Of a stretch of DNA of 35,896 bases, positions 33,139-35,896 are shown one piece after another (positions within the stretch are counted from its first letter, which is position 1; each line of letters opens with the position of its first letter). The translations under genes were made by a program, and so were the position numbers. The notes below the pieces were generated by a model that saw only the letters and a list, made by a program, of their open reading frames with translations, ran no database searches and had not been told where the DNA came from. This DNA comes from a virus (Duplodnaviria; Caudoviricetes): IMG/VR virus record IMGVR_UViG_3300026534_000118, positions 1 through 35,896 of that record. The stretch is one strand, 5' to 3'.

Positions 33139-34641
33139 ATGCAAAACACTGCAGAGCAGTTTTTCGACGCGCCACCAGGCGCTCTCTTTGACCTGCCGCT
33201 GGACCTGATCGATTTCGACCCTGACCAGCCGCGCAAGGATTTCGACGAGGCCTTCATTGCAGAACTGGCCGATGACATTGCCGCGCACGGCGTGCTCCAG
33301 CCCATCACCGTTCGGCCAAACCCGGAGGCGCCGGGCCGGTATGTGGTGGTGTTCGGCGAAAACCGGACCCGCGCCTCGCGCGCTGCAGGGCTGGCAACCA
33401 TCCCGGCCGTTTTGCGCGAGGATGACCAGACCGAGGATCCGCTGGCGCGGATGCTGGCTCAGGTCAAGGAGAACCACCTGCGCCGCGACCTCAACCCCAT
33501 GGAGTGGGCCGAGGTGCTGCGCAGAATGCGCGAACAGCACGGCAAGCGCAACCTGGCCGAAGTCGAGGAGGCGCTGGCTGGACACGGCATTAAGATGTCG
33601 CGCCCGCAAATCTCCAACCTCATGCGCCTTGCCGAGCTGCCAGACTGGGCCCAGGACCTCGTGCGCCGCGGCGAGATCACCGCCGCCCACGGCAAGCACC
33701 TGCTCACCGCCAAGGCCTCCGAAGCCGTGCTGGCCGAGCTCGAGGAGGAATACCGTTCTGACGACTACCGCCCCAGCGTGCGCGAACTGCATGAAGACAT
33801 CTACAGCCTGTTCATGCGTTGCCACGTGCGCCTCGACGGCTACTACATCCGTTTCAACCATGAGCAGGAATGCGACGGCTGCCGCAAGCGAGTCAAGATC
33901 TCGAACGAATGCGCCAGCGGCCTCCCTTTCTGCCTCGATGCCGAATGCCACGAGCGGAAGAACGAAGCCGCCCGCAAGGCGAGACTGGACGAATCGCAGG
34001 CGGAGCTGGAAAAAGCGCGCTCCGGTCATGACCATGACGAACCCGCCGGACAGCCGGTGATCGTGCCCGGCAGGCGCTCGCGCAACCCCTTCGCCAACGA
34101 GCATGCCGACATCGCCCGCTGGCTGCGCACCGACGCCCTGCCCGGCTACGTCAGCCTGCACCCGGGCGTGCAGCTCATGCTGCTGGTGCTGGCCGTCACC
34201 GATGACGACATCGTCTGGGAATCGCAGGATGCAGTGCTCAGGGCCCTCGAGGAAGCCGGCGTGCGCGTCACCGACGAAGACGACGTATACGACGTGAACG
34301 CCGTCATGGCCATCCGGTTCGACGGCGAGTTGCAGGCCACCGTCGCCCTGGCCGTGCTCACCGTGCTGCGCCCCGAGCACCTGGCCCACCTCGCCCTGAG
34401 CGCCGAAATCGACATCGACGACTGGCGACCTGACGCCACATGGCTCGCGCAGTTCAGCAAGGCCGAGCTGGTGGACCTGCTCATCGAAATGGGCGTGTAC
34501 GACGAGGACGACCGCCCCCGCCTCGGCAAGCTGAACACCGACGAGCTCGTCGAGCGCATCGTCGAAGACGGCGACCGCCTCGATCCCCCCGAACGCCTGC
34601 GCGAGGCCTGGGACACCTTCATCGCGCTGGAGAACGGCTGA
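33139..34641 (+). CDS. ParB/Spo0J-family CTPase with HTH and long C-terminal extension
   Basis: QPRK.F, GVLQPI.V, GENRTRA (GxxRxxA), EN.LR.DLNP.E, HTH SRPQISNLMRL and LP...Q..V..G.I...H motifs; likely start at 33139. Confidence 0.88.
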   Translation: MQNTAEQFFDAPPGALFDLPLDLIDFDPDQPRKDFDEAFIAELADDIAAHGVLQPITVRPNPEAPGRYVVVFGENRTRASRAAGLATIPAVLREDDQTEDPLARMLAQVKENHLRRDLNPMEWAEVLRRMREQHGKRNLAEVEEALAGHGIKMSRPQISNLMRLAELPDWAQDLVRRGEITAAHGKHLLTAKASEAVLAELEEEYRSDDYRPSVRELHEDIYSLFMRCHVRLDGYYIRFNHEQECDGCRKRVKISNECASGLPFCLDAECHERKNEAARKARLDESQAELEKARSGHDHDEPAGQPVIVPGRRSRNPFANEHADIARWLRTDALPGYVSLHPGVQLMLLVLAVTDDDIVWESQDAVLRALEEAGVRVTDEDDVYDVNAVMAIRFDGELQATVALAVLTVLRPEHLAHLALSAEIDIDDWRPDATWLAQFSKAELVDLLIEMGVYDEDDRPRLGKLNTDELVERIVEDGDRLDPPERLREAWDTFIALENG

Positions 34642-34644
34642 GCC

Positions 34645-34851
34645 ATGCTGTTTCTGACTCGTGAGGAACTCGTCGAGCTGACCGGACGCAAGCGCGTCTC
34701 GAAACAGATCGAATGGCTGCGCGAGCACCAGTTTCCGCACGAGCTCACCGCCGCCGGCCGGCCGGTGGTGCTGCGCGCGGAAGTGGCGCGACGCCTGAGC
34801 GGCGAAACCGACACCCGCCAGCGCTCGCCAAGATGGGACAGGGTGGCCTAG
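34645..34851 (+). CDS. Excisionase-like protein (DUF4224 type)
   Basis: FLT.EEL.ELTG.K..SKQ.EWL....P.....GRP.V.R; immediately before the integrase. Confidence 0.8.
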   Translation: MLFLTREELVELTGRKRVSKQIEWLREHQFPHELTAAGRPVVLRAEVARRLSGETDTRQRSPRWDRVA

Positions 34852-34855
34852 ACTC

Positions 34856-35896
34856 ATGGCCATGGGACGCCGCCGCACCAAGCACAAGGACCTCCCCCCG
34901 CGCCTGCACCGCAAGGGCCGCGTCTGGTACCACGTGGCCCTGGTGGACGGCAAACGCCGCTGGACGCGCCTCTCCGACGACTACGCAGAAGCCCTCGGCA
35001 TGTGGGCCAAACTCGAGGCCCGCGAGACGGTGCCGGGCGCCACGCCGGGCACCGTCGCCGCCGCCATCGCCCGCTACCGCGGCGAAGGCCTCCCGCAACT
35101 GCGCGAAGCCACCCGGGCCGATTACGCGCGGATCCTCGACCGGCTCGACGGCGTATTCGGCGAAATGATGCTCGAGGAACTGCGCCCGTCCGACGTGGCC
35201 GCCTACCTGGACCGGCGCAGCGCCAAGGTCGCCGCGAACCGGGAAGTCGCCGTCCTCTCCACCGTATTCAACCACGCCATCCGCTGGGGCTGGTGCGAAG
35301 CCAACCCCTGCCAGGGCGTGCGCCGCAACCGCGAACGGGCCCGCCGCCGCTACATCGGCGACGACGAATTCCGCCGCCTTCTCGAGGCCGCCGACGAGCA
35401 ATGGCGCTGCATCATCGAACTGGCCTACCTCACCGCCCTGCGCCGCGGCGATCTGCTTCGCCTTCGCCTGTCGGACATCACCGACGCCGGCCTCGAGGTC
35501 GAGCACGGCAAGACCGGCGCCCGCGTGCTCTACCAGCGCACCCCCGCGCTGGACGACGTACTGGCCCGGGCCCGCAACCTGCGCCGCCGCACCTCGTCCA
35601 TGTACCTGTTCGCCACCCGCGACGGCACCCCCTATACCCCGAGCGGCTGGGACTCCGCCTGGCGCCGCCTGGTGCGCCGCTCCGGCATCGAGGACCTGCA
35701 CTTCCACGACCTGCGCGCCAAATCCCTCACCGACGCCGCCCGCCGGGCCGGCCGCGACTACGCCCAGGCCCTGGCCGGCCACGCCGACGTGAGCATGACC
35801 GAAACCTACATCCGGGCCCGGGAATGGACGGAAGTGCAACCGCTGGAGAGGATTTTTGTAGAAGAACCTTCTACAAAACGCCAACAAAAAGACTGA
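34856..35896 (+). CDS. int: Tyrosine integrase
   Basis: TALRRGD (R), HGKTG (K), FHDLRAK (HxxR), AGH and TETY (Y) motifs. Confidence 0.95.
   Translation: MAMGRRRTKHKDLPPRLHRKGRVWYHVALVDGKRRWTRLSDDYAEALGMWAKLEARETVPGATPGTVAAAIARYRGEGLPQLREATRADYARILDRLDGVFGEMMLEELRPSDVAAYLDRRSAKVAANREVAVLSTVFNHAIRWGWCEANPCQGVRRNRERARRRYIGDDEFRRLLEAADEQWRCIIELAYLTALRRGDLLRLRLSDITDAGLEVEHGKTGARVLYQRTPALDDVLARARNLRRRTSSMYLFATRDGTPYTPSGWDSAWRRLVRRSGIEDLHFHDLRAKSLTDAARRAGRDYAQALAGHADVSMTETYIRAREWTEVQPLERIFVEEPSTKRQQKD

Larger units (their letters stand above)
1078..35896. mobile_element. Temperate prophage (contractile tail, lambda-type packaging), integrated at a tRNA
   Basis: att fragment at the left, integrase/xis at the right, with full head, tail, replication and immunity modules between; the right att is outside the window. 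Confidence 0.93.

Noticed and set aside
33139-34641. Conventional parABS partition cassette or a true Noc
   Set aside because: There is no Walker-type ParA in the window, the sites are dispersed rather than clustered, and no obvious Noc-like N-terminal amphipathic membrane helix is present.
32623-34953. 776-aa minus-strand ORF (and similar long ORFs at 16548..18803, 9526..11343 and 23312..24934)
   Set aside because: These are antisense shadows of well-supported genes in high-GC DNA, with no motifs of their own.
4416-35896. Additional VR copies (multi-target DGR)
   Set aside because: I saw no further match to TR by eye; remote targets outside the window cannot be excluded.

Overview
Apart from a host TauD/TfdA-like gene (1..924), the window is an apparently near-complete ~35 kb temperate prophage. 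It starts at a 21-bp tRNA 3'-end att fragment (1078..1098) and runs to a tyrosine integrase ending at the last base. It combines a lambda-type packaging module (terminase, gpW, portal), a fused HK97-type protease/major capsid gene, a Mu-like contractile tail, a lambdoid cI/cro/cII/replication region, and an early operon (GH108 lysozyme, KilAC, DnaQ-like exonuclease, CsrA, ParB-like protein, Xis, Int). Two systems stand out. (1) A complete diversity-generating retroelement (target/VR - avd - TR - RT) acts on the tail receptor-binding protein. TR (2674..2816) and VR (3201..3343) differ at 13 of 143 positions, all of them TR adenines, and a GRNA-loop hairpin lies just downstream of VR. (2) A 14-bp palindrome, GTTTCCCGGGAAAC, intermediate between canonical parS and the Noc-binding site, occurs 7 times at roughly 3.5-7 kb intervals across the whole prophage. 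One copy abuts the ribosome-binding site of an orphan ParB-family CTPase gene that has no parA partner in the window. This suggests a possibly undescribed phage ParB/dispersed-site system. Other notable elements are a C4/Ash-type antisense-controlled antirepressor and a toxin-antitoxin pair inserted in the head module, a tail-chaperone -1 frameshift, an iteron/DnaA-box origin and several morons. All protein assignments come from motif recognition by eye and synteny, not from database searches.
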